A DNA stretch of 35,663 nt. Origin: Kiritimatiellia bacterium (lineage in GTDB: Bacteria; Verrucomicrobiota; Kiritimatiellia; SLAD01). The first letter of the stretch is position 1; each line of letters begins with the position of its first letter. Location of the stretch: positions 1 through 35,663 of the forward strand of contig SKLK01000186.1 of assembly GCA_007123265.1 (NCBI GenBank). The letters are read 5' to 3'. Positions 25,588-34,498 of this stretch are shown piece by piece. The position numbers and the translations under genes are program-made. The notes beneath the pieces were generated by a model, which was given only the letters and a program-made list of their open reading frames with translations, ran no database searches and was not told where the DNA came from.

Positions 25588-26817
25588 TCAGGATCCGCTC
25601 TCGCTGGCGCGCTTAACCGGCGCATCGACCAGCAGCTGGTGCGCCTCCTGCAATCGCTTCGGTATGATGTCTCGAAAAGGACTCGCTGTCAAAACGGGAT
25701 CCCAATCGATCGTTGACGCATCCGCCGCATTCTTACCGCGGAACCAATGGCCACCTTGGCCGAGTAGATTATACCGCATCTTAGCCCATGGAATCAAATC
25801 CAGCGCCGTGCCGTAGGTCCAGAGGCGCAGGATTTCATGGACATTGATCTCGCCCGGCACCTCGTCACAATCCGGCACACCGTCCGGCCAATGGGCCACC
25901 CAATCCGCACCATGATACTCGACCAAGGCCTCTTGCAATCGATCCGCAATCTGCCTGCTAATGGATTCGCGGTCCGCCCAGTACCGCAATCCCTGTACAT
26001 GCTCATCGAAATCCGAGGGCCGGGCCGCGCCCAGACTAAGGGTGTGAACCGCGTCGCGGGACAGACAGAACAAATCATTGAACTGCATCGGCGTCAGCGG
26101 CTCGCACAAGCGCTTCATCCGCTCGCTGGGTTCATACAATTTTCCGCCTTTATCGTTCGGGCTAATAATGAATACGCCCAGGTCCCGGTTCTGTGCCGCT
26201 TCCACCGCCGGCCACGTGAAGGGATTCACGTAATACCAATGTAGATTAACGTAATCGAATTCATCCGACTCGATCGCGCGGACGATCACCTCCGTCCGGG
26301 CATGTGTGGAAAATCCCACATGCCGTACGCGACCGTCCCGCTGCAATTGCCGCACAGCGGGCAACATACCGTCCGGACGCAAGACCTGATCCAACAGCTC
26401 CGCGGTATTGATCCCGTGGATGCCCAACAGGTCCACGTAATCCAGTTGCAGGTTTTTCATTGAGGTATTGAACACGCGGAGCAGCTCTTCGCCGTTTTCC
26501 TTGGGACCAATTTTGGTCTGTACGATCAACTCTTCACGCGGCAACGATGGCAATATACGCCCCAATTGCCATTCCGAGCTGCCGTAGCCGCGGGCCGTCT
26601 CGATATGGTTGATGCCCAAGGCCAAGGCGCGGTGAATGCAGGCCTCCAGATTATCCTGCTGCTCACGCTTAATCTCGTCCGGCTTCAGATCGTCCCAGGA
26701 CTGCTGGTAGCGCATGCCCCCGCAGGAAAATACCGGCATCGCCAGCTCGGTGCGCCCGAACCGGCGGCGCGGCACCGGGATCGTATCCTTGGCGGCAGGT
26801 AAAGGATCAGGAATCAT
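25588..26817 (-). CDS. Aldo/keto reductase family oxidoreductase
   Basis: Start was chosen at [54 protein letters not shown] and LLGIHGIN blocks are present. The 126-codon extension to 27198 overlaps msrB in another frame and was rejected. With this start there is an 11-nt overlap with the msrB 3' end. Confidence 0.75.
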   Translation of the reverse strand: MIPDPLPAAKDTIPVPRRRFGRTELAMPVFSCGGMRYQQSWDDLKPDEIKREQQDNLEACIHRALALGINHIETARGYGSSEWQLGRILPSLPREELIVQTKIGPKENGEELLRVFNTSMKNLQLDYVDLLGIHGINTAELLDQVLRPDGMLPAVRQLQRDGRVRHVGFSTHARTEVIVRAIESDEFDYVNLHWYYVNPFTWPAVEAAQNRDLGVFIISPNDKGGKLYEPSERMKRLCEPLTPMQFNDLFCLSRDAVHTLSLGAARPSDFDEHVQGLRYWADRESISRQIADRLQEALVEYHGADWVAHWPDGVPDCDEVPGEINVHEILRLWTYGTALDLIPWAKMRYNLLGQGGHWFRGKNAADASTIDWDPVLTASPFRDIIPKRLQEAHQLLVDAPVKRASESGS

Positions 26818-27373
26818 CACGGGCCGCTTCGGCCGGTTCAAACTGCAGCGCCGCCGAGTTGATGCAGTAGCGCAACCCGGTGGGCGGCGGACCATCCTCG
26901 AACACATGGCCGAGATGGGCGTCGCAACGAGGGCAGAGCACTTCCGTACGGCGCATAAAGAAACTGCGATCGACCTTCTCGGCCATATTTTCCGGCGCGA
27001 TGGGCTGCCAGAAGCTTGGCCAGCCGGTACCGGAATCGAACTTCGTGTCGGAGGCGAACAAGGCCAGATTGCATCCCACACAACGGTAGGTACCGGATTC
27101 TTTATGGTCGTTGTATTTTCCTGTGAACGGTCGCTCGGTGCCTTTTTTCCGGGCCACCTGATAGGCCTCGGGCGATAGCTGCTCGCGCCACTCCGCATCG
27201 GTTTTTTCCACGCGTTCCATGGTGATGTATCCCTTCTGGTTGGGCTCGAAAAGTTTCAGTTGGCTGGTTGGCGGCGACATGTCCGAGGCCGTCTCGCCGC
27301 GACAACCGGCCCCTACTCCGACGGCGACCAGTACAAGAATGCCTCCGATGATCGAGCGCGGCGTCATCAGCAT
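26807..27373 (-). CDS. msrB: Peptide-methionine (R)-S-oxide reductase MsrB, exported (probable lipoprotein)
   Basis: The N-terminus [24 protein letters not shown] is signal- and lipobox-like. [28 protein letters not shown] and [16 protein letters not shown]...RYCINS give the two CxxC pairs and the catalytic RYCIN motif. Confidence 0.9.
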   Translation of the reverse strand: MLMTPRSIIGGILVLVAVGVGAGCRGETASDMSPPTSQLKLFEPNQKGYITMERVEKTDAEWREQLSPEAYQVARKKGTERPFTGKYNDHKESGTYRCVGCNLALFASDTKFDSGTGWPSFWQPIAPENMAEKVDRSFFMRRTEVLCPRCDAHLGHVFEDGPPPTGLRYCINSAALQFEPAEAARDDS

Positions 27374-27379
27374 CCGCCC

Positions 27380-27658
27380 TTACAGATTCGAGGCGGTTTG
27401 ATCCGGATTATGCTTAATCCGGTCCACGATGCGCTGGCGCGCTTCCTTTGGCAGGCACATGTCGGGGCTGGGCGTATCGCTCTGCTCATGGCTCAAGTAA
27501 TGTCGTGTCGTATCTTGCATTTGCATGATGAACCGATTGAAGGGTCCGCAGACCATGCAAAAAAATACATGCAAGCGCAGCCCGATACGTTTGCGCAATG
27601 GCAATTCCCAGTAGTTTACACTCGCGAGTGCTTCCGACACCTGTTTACACCGTAGCAT
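27380..27658 (-). CDS. Small soluble zinc-binding (ZAS-type) anti-sigma factor
   Basis: It is 92 aa with no hydrophobic segment. The residues are C4...H30-x3-C34-x2-C37 (LHVFFCMVCG). There is a 14-nt overlap with the ECF sigma gene 3' end. Confidence 0.7.
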   Translation of the reverse strand: MLRCKQVSEALASVNYWELPLRKRIGLRLHVFFCMVCGPFNRFIMQMQDTTRHYLSHEQSDTPSPDMCLPKEARQRIVDRIKHNPDQTASNL

Positions 27659-28247
27659 TTTGCTCTCTCAGCCCCTGATTACGTTTCAACCAATTCTTTT
27701 CCAGACACTTCTTCAGCGCGTTGCGCGCTCGATACAATATCACCCATAAATAGGTCGGCTCAACCCCAAGCTCCTTACAAACCTCCTCGGTTGATAGCCC
27801 TTCCAACTCTTTCAGGGTAAATGCAATATTCATGCGCTGGTCCAAATTCGCCAAACACGAGGAGAACACGTCCCAAAACTCCTTTTGCTCAAAGACCTTG
27901 CGGGGATTAAAATGCCATTTCGGCGGCTGCCATTGTGGAATCCCGGCACCTTTAAACAACAAGGAATCCTGGAGCCCCTCCATTTCCTCCACGTCTTCCA
28001 CTTTAACTTCCCGCGCCGATTTGCGCAGGTAGTCGATTAATTTATGGCGCAAGATACCCATCAACCACGACCGCTCCGAGGAACGTCCCTGATACCGTTC
28101 CTGCGCCTTCATCGCGGCGAGAAACGTCTCCTGCACAATATCCTCGGCCACCGCGTGGCTTTTCAGGCGGACATAGGCATAGCGAAACATCACGTCACCA
28201 TGCTCTTGCACCCACCGTTCCGGATCTATCCCCTCAACTGTCGTCAT
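27645..28247 (-). CDS. ECF (group IV) sigma-70 family RNA polymerase sigma factor
   Basis: Region 2 reads DVMFRYAYVRLKSHAVAEDIVQETFLAAMK...RSWLMGILRHKLIDYLRK. Region 4 reads LSTEEVCKELGVEPTYLWVILYRARNALKKCL. Confidence 0.9.
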   Translation of the reverse strand: MTTVEGIDPERWVQEHGDVMFRYAYVRLKSHAVAEDIVQETFLAAMKAQERYQGRSSERSWLMGILRHKLIDYLRKSAREVKVEDVEEMEGLQDSLLFKGAGIPQWQPPKWHFNPRKVFEQKEFWDVFSSCLANLDQRMNIAFTLKELEGLSTEEVCKELGVEPTYLWVILYRARNALKKCLEKNWLKRNQGLREQNATV

Positions 28248-28721
28248 CCAAGCTTCCCTTCTCTATCGTCGCTGCACCACAAAAGCAACGGAGCCTCGCG
28301 CCCGTAACCCGTCACAAAAGCCTACCGCCAACCCATGCATCAACGCCACCCTAAAAACAATCTAAACAAAAGAATACAAAAACCCTCACTCTTCGACATA
28401 AATGTAAATCAAGAGCTGCCTAGATACATTTTTGAACATAAGAATCGATCCATTAGGGCTTGCCGCACAAGGTTAAGCCAGTCGTTTTCCCAAAACGCAA
28501 AAGTGACTCCGGCGCAGCCCCACTTCCCCGTCATCACCTGATTCGCGCGCTATTCACAGGCTTTTGAGCGCCGCGAAAGTCTCGACCCAGCCACCTTCAG
28601 CCACCCCCAGGCGAAGCCCATTCGGCGGTTTCGGTTAACTTTCAAACAAACCGACGATAGTTGGCACGGCATTTGCTTGAACAAATTCGAAGAATTTAAA
28701 AGATATTGAGGAGATACGATC

Positions 28722-29378
28722 ATGATTATGAATAATGCGAAAGAAGCTGCGACAGGGCAAGGCCGGTTACCGGGCAGCGTAGAGATGATGCCGGACACGG
28801 GCACCTATGCAGTGCGCTGCTCCCGCGATCAAGCGGAGTTGGCCGGACTGATTGAATCCGGAACAGCCGAATATGTTTTAGTCGGTGCGATCATGCCGGT
28901 GCGGAGCGGACGCGAGCTTTGTCGACTGATGGGCGATGAATCGGGACAAATGAATTATCCGGTCATGGTATTGAGCCGCACCGGGAAAGAAAATCAGATT
29001 CCTGCCCCGCCCCCCACGACGCGGGTGATGGCCAGCGGTCCGTTGTCCGAAACTTTGAAGGAGCTGCTGGCGCCGGAGGCGGAGGAGCCGACGATCCAAT
29101 TGCGGGATTTACAAATTAATGTGGCTCGCCACGAAGTGAAGGTGAAAGATCAAATTGTCGACCTCACCGCCACTGAAATGCGCTTGCTCATGCTCTTGAC
29201 GCAGCGCGCCGGTTGGGCCCTGTCCCGCGACCAGATCATTGAGTTCATCCGGGGCAAAGGCTACGCCTGCACCGGGCGCTCGGTAGACGTTTTAATCGTT
29301 GGGCTGCGCCGCAAACTGGGCCCGGTCGGCAAGCGGATTCAAACCGTTCGCGGCATCGGCTACCGATACCGCGAATAG
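28722..29378 (+). CDS. OmpR/PhoB-type winged-helix DNA-binding regulator with a truncated, degenerate receiver domain
   Basis: GAGGAG lies 8 nt upstream of the ATG. The C-terminus LQINVARHEVKVKDQIVDLTATEMRLLMLLTQRAGWALSRDQII....GRSVDVLIVGLRRKL....IQTVRGIGYRY is a Trans_reg_C pattern. The N-terminus lacks the beta1 acidic pair. At the phospho-acceptor position, EYVLVGAIMPVRSG aligns with DLVLLDLMLPGMDG, so Asp is replaced by Gly. Confidence 0.75.
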   Translation: MIMNNAKEAATGQGRLPGSVEMMPDTGTYAVRCSRDQAELAGLIESGTAEYVLVGAIMPVRSGRELCRLMGDESGQMNYPVMVLSRTGKENQIPAPPPTTRVMASGPLSETLKELLAPEAEEPTIQLRDLQINVARHEVKVKDQIVDLTATEMRLLMLLTQRAGWALSRDQIIEFIRGKGYACTGRSVDVLIVGLRRKLGPVGKRIQTVRGIGYRYRE

Positions 29379-29397
29379 ATGCTCTTTCAAACCTTCT

Positions 29398-29450
29398 ACA
29401 CGCACACACAGACACACCACACACCACACACCACACACACAGACACACAC
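29398..29450. repeat. CA-rich, nearly G-free simple-sequence tract
   Basis: The tract is ACACGCACACACAGACACACCACACACCACACACCACACACACAGACACACAC. It starts 20 nt after the regulator stop codon and lies before the terminator hairpin. Confidence 0.8.
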
Positions 29451-29466
29451 TGCCGCCCGGCACCGA

Positions 29467-29507
29467 AAAGGCCCGACTTTGCAATGAAGTCGGGCCTTTT
29501 TATTTTC
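29467..29507 (+). terminator. Intrinsic terminator, potentially bidirectional, between the convergent regulator and comEC genes
   Basis: GGCCCGACTT (29470-29479) pairs with AAGTCGGGCC (29487-29496) around a 7-nt loop, followed by TTTTTATTTTC. AAAA precedes the stem, which gives a U-run on the opposite strand. Confidence 0.8.
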
Positions 29508-29613
29508 GGACTAGAGCATTTTGATTCATATTGTAGCCGGCGATTCAGACTCAACGCAATGCGCCATTTCGAGGACCCTTATCGGCGACGCGCTGATGGG
29601 CTCGTTTCCTGTT

Positions 29614-32109
29614 TCAGTGCCCCCACACCTCGTCACCCCAGGCGCTGCGCACCGCCCAGCGATCGCGCTGTCGGCCGCCCTGTATGCCGGACTGCAACTG
29701 GATGCGGACGGGGCCGGCGACATCGGTACGCAACCAGCCCTGCGGCGAGAGTGCCTGATCCAATCGCTCCGCTACAGCGGGATCCGGGTAGCCGTACCGA
29801 TTAAACCGGCTAACATCCAACACAACAACCTGCGGGCGCACGCGATCCAGCCACTCCGTTTGCGCGGTACCGGGAACCCCTTGATGACCAATCACCCAAA
29901 CGGTAGCGGCCGGATCCACCGGCCGCTCGATCAATGCCCGTTCAACGGCGTGGCCGCCAGCACCCGTCAACAGCACACTGTGATGGCCCCGGCTTACCCG
30001 CAGAACCAATGCGGCATCGGCCGCACGGCTCCATTGCCCCGCATCTTCGGGATGCAAAATCTCCCACGCCATACCGCCCGGCCATTCTCCCCATGCGCCT
30101 GCGGCGCGCAGGTGGCGGGGAATCCCTTGCGCATCGGCCGCCGCCAGCACAGCGTCATAGGGCGCGGACCGTGACGGAAAATCCGTATGCCATACCGAGC
30201 CCACCGGCAAGGCGGCCAGGATCGCTTCTGCCCCGGCTGCGTGGCCGGCTCCGGCGTGATCGAGGATAATGGTGTCGATCCGGTTCACCCCCTCGCGGCG
30301 CAAGGCCCGCAAGACGGCATCGGAGCGATAGGCGGGGCCGGCGCCATACAATACGCGCGCCGGTCCGCTACGAATCAAAACAGCGTGACCGTCTCCGGCC
30401 GGCAACAGCACGACCTCATCGACCTGTCTTTGTAGCGCCATCCAACCACCGATACCCGCCACAAGGATCAGGCCTATGGATAGCCACCGCCGTGTGCGTC
30501 GGGCAAATCCCAATGCCCCCAAAAACAGCAGGGCATACCACACCGCCAGCCACGAAAAACCGGGTGAACGGACATAGCGATAGGCCAATGGCCAATCGGA
30601 CAGCCATTCGATGGCTTGGATCAAGCCGGTCAGTATCCAGCGATTTGCATGATTAAATATTTCAGCCCCCACCGAGGTGACGGAGCCGGCAATCAAGGAC
30701 AGCAAGGCCGTCAACACGACCAGAAACGCCGCCGGAATAACCAGCAAATTGCCCACCAAAGCGATTGGCGAAAAGAGATTGAAGTACTGGGCGGTCAACG
30801 GTGCAGAAGACAACCAGGCGGCCACGGAAGCCGCGATCAAGCCGGTTAGCCAGAGGCCGATCACCCGTCCGGCCGACGGCGGTGTGCCGGGCGCTTGCAG
30901 TTGGTAGGAATCAATGGCCAGGCTCGCCCGTGCGGGTCCAGCCAGCAACGGATACAATCGAATCAGGCCCGCCACGATCACAAACGAGAAGATAAATCCG
31001 GGGGCGGTCAATTGAGCCGGTACGGCCAACAAGATCAAGAGCGCCGCAAACGCCCAAGCCGAGGGCGCGTCGGGTTGGCGATTAAACCACAGTGCGCCGC
31101 TGAATGCGAGGGCCATGGTGCAGGCGCGTATGGCGCTGGGCCGCAGGCCGGTGGCCACGGTGTAGAAGATCAATAACGGCGCTAGCCACAGCATCCAATG
31201 CATCCGCGGCACGCCCAGCGCCCGCATCAGCAGGATCAACAACCCCGCCAGCAAGCCGACGTGCAAACCGGAAATGGCAAAAATATGGAGTGTTCCTGTC
31301 CAAGCGAAAAGGGTTTGATGTGCAGGCGGCAACTGCTGACGATACCCCAGCAAGAGGGCCCGCAGAATGCCGACGTGATCGGGGAAATCCGCCAAGCCAA
31401 TCGCCAATCGTTCGGCCGCACGATGCCGTCCCGCATAACTCCAGTGTTTCAACCAGTGCCCGCCGTCCGCAGCCACCATACGGGACCAGTCCGATTCGGC
31501 CTGCATTCGGTACGGGGGCAGAAAGGCCCACGCCCAATCCCGGCGCTCGCGCACCTGCACGACGCCGGCCCATTCCCAGCGTTGCCCGTATGCGGGCGCG
31601 CGGTGGTCATCACCCAACGGGGCCCGCCAACGCACATCCATCCGTCCCCGCGCATGTTGCCACTCACCCAACCGATCGATCGCCTCTACGCGCACGGTCA
31701 TTCGCCAAGTGGGCGCCTGTTCCCCCTCAGCAACAAGGCGCACGGGATCATCAACGATCAGCCCGCGCACCAGCACCTGTTCCCGGGCCCGGTCCATCAA
31801 CCGATGCAGCTCCCGGGGTGACGGCGAATGAAGCGATAGGCCCGCATGGGCAGCGGCCAAGAATACGATGGTGGCCCAGAGGGCCGACACACCGGCGCGC
31901 GAGGCGCGGGCAAAAAAAGCGATGCACAAGCAGAGGGCTGCGAACGTCAAGCCCCACACCGGCGTGATGCCCCCGGAAAGGCCCAGTGCCGTTCCGGCAA
32001 CAACCATCAGTAGCACCCCCATCAGCGGGCGCCGGACGCGCGGGTGGGACGCCGATGACGACGGCGCATCCGCCGTCCGTAGCGCTAGTCTATCCCGCAA
32101 ACGAGCCAC
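29614..32109 (-). CDS. comEC: ComEC/Rec2-family DNA internalisation channel protein with a C-terminal metallo-beta-lactamase-like domain
   Basis: The protein is polytopic. The competence-domain hallmark FAWTGTLHIFAISGLHVGLLAGLL is present. The C-terminal VVLLPAGDGHAVLI...IDTIILDHAGAGHAAG aligns with the MBL blocks DVGQGDA and TH.H.DH.GG. An alternative start is at 32022. Confidence 0.85.
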   Translation of the reverse strand: MARLRDRLALRTADAPSSSASHPRVRRPLMGVLLMVVAGTALGLSGGITPVWGLTFAALCLCIAFFARASRAGVSALWATIVFLAAAHAGLSLHSPSPRELHRLMDRAREQVLVRGLIVDDPVRLVAEGEQAPTWRMTVRVEAIDRLGEWQHARGRMDVRWRAPLGDDHRAPAYGQRWEWAGVVQVRERRDWAWAFLPPYRMQAESDWSRMVAADGGHWLKHWSYAGRHRAAERLAIGLADFPDHVGILRALLLGYRQQLPPAHQTLFAWTGTLHIFAISGLHVGLLAGLLILLMRALGVPRMHWMLWLAPLLIFYTVATGLRPSAIRACTMALAFSGALWFNRQPDAPSAWAFAALLILLAVPAQLTAPGFIFSFVIVAGLIRLYPLLAGPARASLAIDSYQLQAPGTPPSAGRVIGLWLTGLIAASVAAWLSSAPLTAQYFNLFSPIALVGNLLVIPAAFLVVLTALLSLIAGSVTSVGAEIFNHANRWILTGLIQAIEWLSDWPLAYRYVRSPGFSWLAVWYALLFLGALGFARRTRRWLSIGLILVAGIGGWMALQRQVDEVVLLPAGDGHAVLIRSGPARVLYGAGPAYRSDAVLRALRREGVNRIDTIILDHAGAGHAAGAEAILAALPVGSVWHTDFPSRSAPYDAVLAAADAQGIPRHLRAAGAWGEWPGGMAWEILHPEDAGQWSRAADAALVLRVSRGHHSVLLTGAGGHAVERALIERPVDPAATVWVIGHQGVPGTAQTEWLDRVRPQVVVLDVSRFNRYGYPDPAVAERLDQALSPQGWLRTDVAGPVRIQLQSGIQGGRQRDRWAVRSAWGDEVWGH

Positions 32110-32923
32110 TGGAGCCCCAGCGGAAATGGAGGGGATGATGGCGACCGATCGTCAAGGCATTTGCAAGTGCGTGGTGAACGAATTGCTGCGCTTTGCGCAC
32201 GGCATCATGCATCAGCTCCTTGCGCGCCAGATACGCGCTGAGCGCGGCGGAAAACGTGCAGCCCGCGCCATGCGTCTGCGCCGCCTTCACGCGGGGCCCC
32301 TCAAAGATGTATTCCTCCCCTTCATCATAGAGGACATCGATCACTCGATCCATGGTTAGGTGCCCGCCCTTCACCACGCAGGCCACATCGAAGCGGTCGC
32401 CAATTTCCTGCGCCGCCGCGCGTAATTCGTCCACCGACGAGATGGAATGGCCGCACAAGATTTCCGCTTCATGCAGGTTTGGGGTGACGACCCGGGCTTG
32501 GGGCAGCAACTCCTTTTTTACGGCTTCAATCGCATCGGCCTGTAAGAGCCGGGCACCGGAAGCCGCCACCATGACCGGATCAACGACGAGAATCGGAATC
32601 CCTTCACGCAAGTCCTCCGCCGCCACCAACCGGACAATGTCCGCGGAATACAGCATTCCGGTCTTCGCGACAGCGACCGGAAAATGATCACATACCGCCT
32701 TAATTTGTTGCTCAATGATGGCGATGTCCACCGGCTGAATCCCTTGAACGCCATCCGGATTTTGCGCCGTCACACAGGTAATCGCCGAGGTACCAAACGT
32801 ACTCAACTCCGAGAACGTTTTGATGTCCGCTTGAATCCCGGCGCCGCCGCCACTATCCGAGCCGGCAATCGTTAACACCACAGGCCATTCGTGTTGCTTT
32901 GCATTATCGAGGTTGGTTTTCAT
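32090..32923 (-). CDS. thiD: Hydroxymethylpyrimidine / phosphomethylpyrimidine kinase
   Basis: VVLTIAGSDSGGGAGIQADIKTFSELSTFGTSAITCVTAQN and GAGCTFSAALSAYLA motifs are present. Confidence 0.9.
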   Translation of the reverse strand: MKTNLDNAKQHEWPVVLTIAGSDSGGGAGIQADIKTFSELSTFGTSAITCVTAQNPDGVQGIQPVDIAIIEQQIKAVCDHFPVAVAKTGMLYSADIVRLVAAEDLREGIPILVVDPVMVAASGARLLQADAIEAVKKELLPQARVVTPNLHEAEILCGHSISSVDELRAAAQEIGDRFDVACVVKGGHLTMDRVIDVLYDEGEEYIFEGPRVKAAQTHGAGCTFSAALSAYLARKELMHDAVRKAQQFVHHALANALTIGRHHPLHFRWGSSGSFAG

Positions 32924-33050
32924 GTACGATATAGTCCATCAGGGGCTTGGAAACTGTCAAGCTTCAGCGCAATCGAACTGGACAGTTGCCGAATATCCCT
33001 TAAGGTTCTCGATGGATTGAAATTAGCAGGCACAACGCCAAAAGGAGCGA

Positions 33051-33860
33051 ATGCACATGGATGACGCAGCACGGATCGGCCGTGATTTAGACGAAATACG
33101 CAAGCAGGCGCCACTGATTCACAACATCACGAATTATGTGGTTATGAACAATACGGCCAATGCGTTACTGGCGATCGGCGCCTCGCCGGTGATGGCCCAT
33201 GCGGAGGAGGAAGTCGAGCAAATGGTAGGTTATGCTGGCGCACTGGTCATCAATATTGGCACGCTTAGCCCGGCATGGATTCGGGCCATGCGTAAGGCCC
33301 AGGCTGTTGCGCACCGCAACGGTACGCCGGTAATCATCGATCCGGTCGGAGCGGGTGCCACCTCGTTACGAACCAATACAATGCGAGAGTTGATGCAGAC
33401 CTCAGCGCCAACAGTGATTCGTGGCAACGCATCGGAGATCATCGCCCTGCAGACCGATGTCGCCTCAACCAAGGGCGTGGACAGCCAGCATGCAGCGTCG
33501 GATGCCGAGGCCCACGCACGGGCGTTGTCCGCGCAAACGGGCGCAGTCGTCTGTGTCAGTGGCGCAACAGATCTGATTATCGCAGGCGACCGCACCTGGA
33601 CCATTCAAAACGGGCACCCACTGATGCCGCGTGTCACCGGGCTCGGCTGTACGGCTACGGCATTGATTGGTGCATTTTGCGCGGTCAATGCCAGCCCTGC
33701 CGAGGCCACGGCCCACGCGATGGCGGTGATGGGCATTGCCGGCGAAGTGGCCGGCGCGGACGCAAAAGGTCCCGGCACCCTGCAACTTCTTTTCCTGGAT
33801 GCGCTACACACCATCGATGCGACCACCATTGCGGCGCACCTGCAATGGACCTCGCCATGA
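33051..33860 (+). CDS. thiM: Hydroxyethylthiazole kinase
   Basis: APLIHNITNYVVMNNTANALLAIGASPVMA and VTGLGCTATALIGAF motifs are present. AAAGGAG lies upstream of the ATG. Confidence 0.9.
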   Translation: MHMDDAARIGRDLDEIRKQAPLIHNITNYVVMNNTANALLAIGASPVMAHAEEEVEQMVGYAGALVINIGTLSPAWIRAMRKAQAVAHRNGTPVIIDPVGAGATSLRTNTMRELMQTSAPTVIRGNASEIIALQTDVASTKGVDSQHAASDAEAHARALSAQTGAVVCVSGATDLIIAGDRTWTIQNGHPLMPRVTGLGCTATALIGAFCAVNASPAEATAHAMAVMGIAGEVAGADAKGPGTLQLLFLDALHTIDATTIAAHLQWTSP

Positions 33861-34498
33861 GAGCCGGCCTCGATTGGCGGCTTTATCTTGTCACCGATCG
33901 CGCCTTGGCCGGCGACCGGCCCTTGGAGCAGGTCGTCAAAGCGGCCGTGGCGGGGGGCGTCTCCATCGTGCAAGTACGGGAGAAGGATCTTCCCACCCGT
34001 GACCTGCTGACCGTTGCCCTCCGGGTCAAAGACGCCCTGACCGGCAGCCGGGTGCCACTGATCATCAATGACCGCGTCGATGTAGCCTTGGCATGCGGTG
34101 CGGACGGCGTCCATCTGGGTCAACAGGACCTGCCGGTGAGCGATGCCCGTCGCCTCCTCGGCCCGGACGCCATCATCGGCCTGTCGGTGGAGCATATGGA
34201 TCAGGTGCACATCGCGAATGAATGGGATGTCGATTATCTGGGGGTGAGCCCGATTTTTCCCACGGCAACGAAAACGGATACCGTCACCGCATGGGGCATC
34301 GAGGGATTGAAAGCGATCCGTCGCGTCAGCGCCAAGCCACTGATTGCGATTGGTGGTTTGAACCGTGACAATGCCGCGGAAATGATTCGCGCCGGGGCGG
34401 ATGGCGTCGCGGTGGTGTCCGCCATTTGCGCGGCCGCCGATCCTGCGACGGCGGCACGGGCGCTTCGGGACGCCATGCATCATGCCGACACAGATTAA
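33857..34498 (+). CDS. thiE: Thiamine-phosphate synthase
   Basis: The ATG overlaps the thiM stop as ATGA (an in-frame alternative is at 33845). LYLVTDR, IVQVREKD, LIINDRVDVALACGADGVHLGQQDLP, GVSPIFPTATK and IAIGGL motifs are present. Confidence 0.9.
   Translation: MRAGLDWRLYLVTDRALAGDRPLEQVVKAAVAGGVSIVQVREKDLPTRDLLTVALRVKDALTGSRVPLIINDRVDVALACGADGVHLGQQDLPVSDARRLLGPDAIIGLSVEHMDQVHIANEWDVDYLGVSPIFPTATKTDTVTAWGIEGLKAIRRVSAKPLIAIGGLNRDNAAEMIRAGADGVAVVSAICAAADPATAARALRDAMHHADTD

Noticed and set aside
28335-28804. Small ORFs in the sigma/regulator spacer (28335-28541 +, 28550-28804 -).
   Set aside because: They have no ribosome-binding context and their sequences are low-complexity. The second overlaps the start of the well-supported regulator gene on the other strand.
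32924-33050. A TPP (THI-box) riboswitch was expected in the divergent thiD / thiM-thiE intergenic region.
   Set aside because: I read both strands and found no CTGAGA core and no ACCTGATCTGGATAATGCCAGCG-like block. There are only weak partial resemblances (AGGGGC..., CCTGATGG). A covariance-model scan (Rfam TPP) would be decisive. As it stands I cannot support a riboswitch call.
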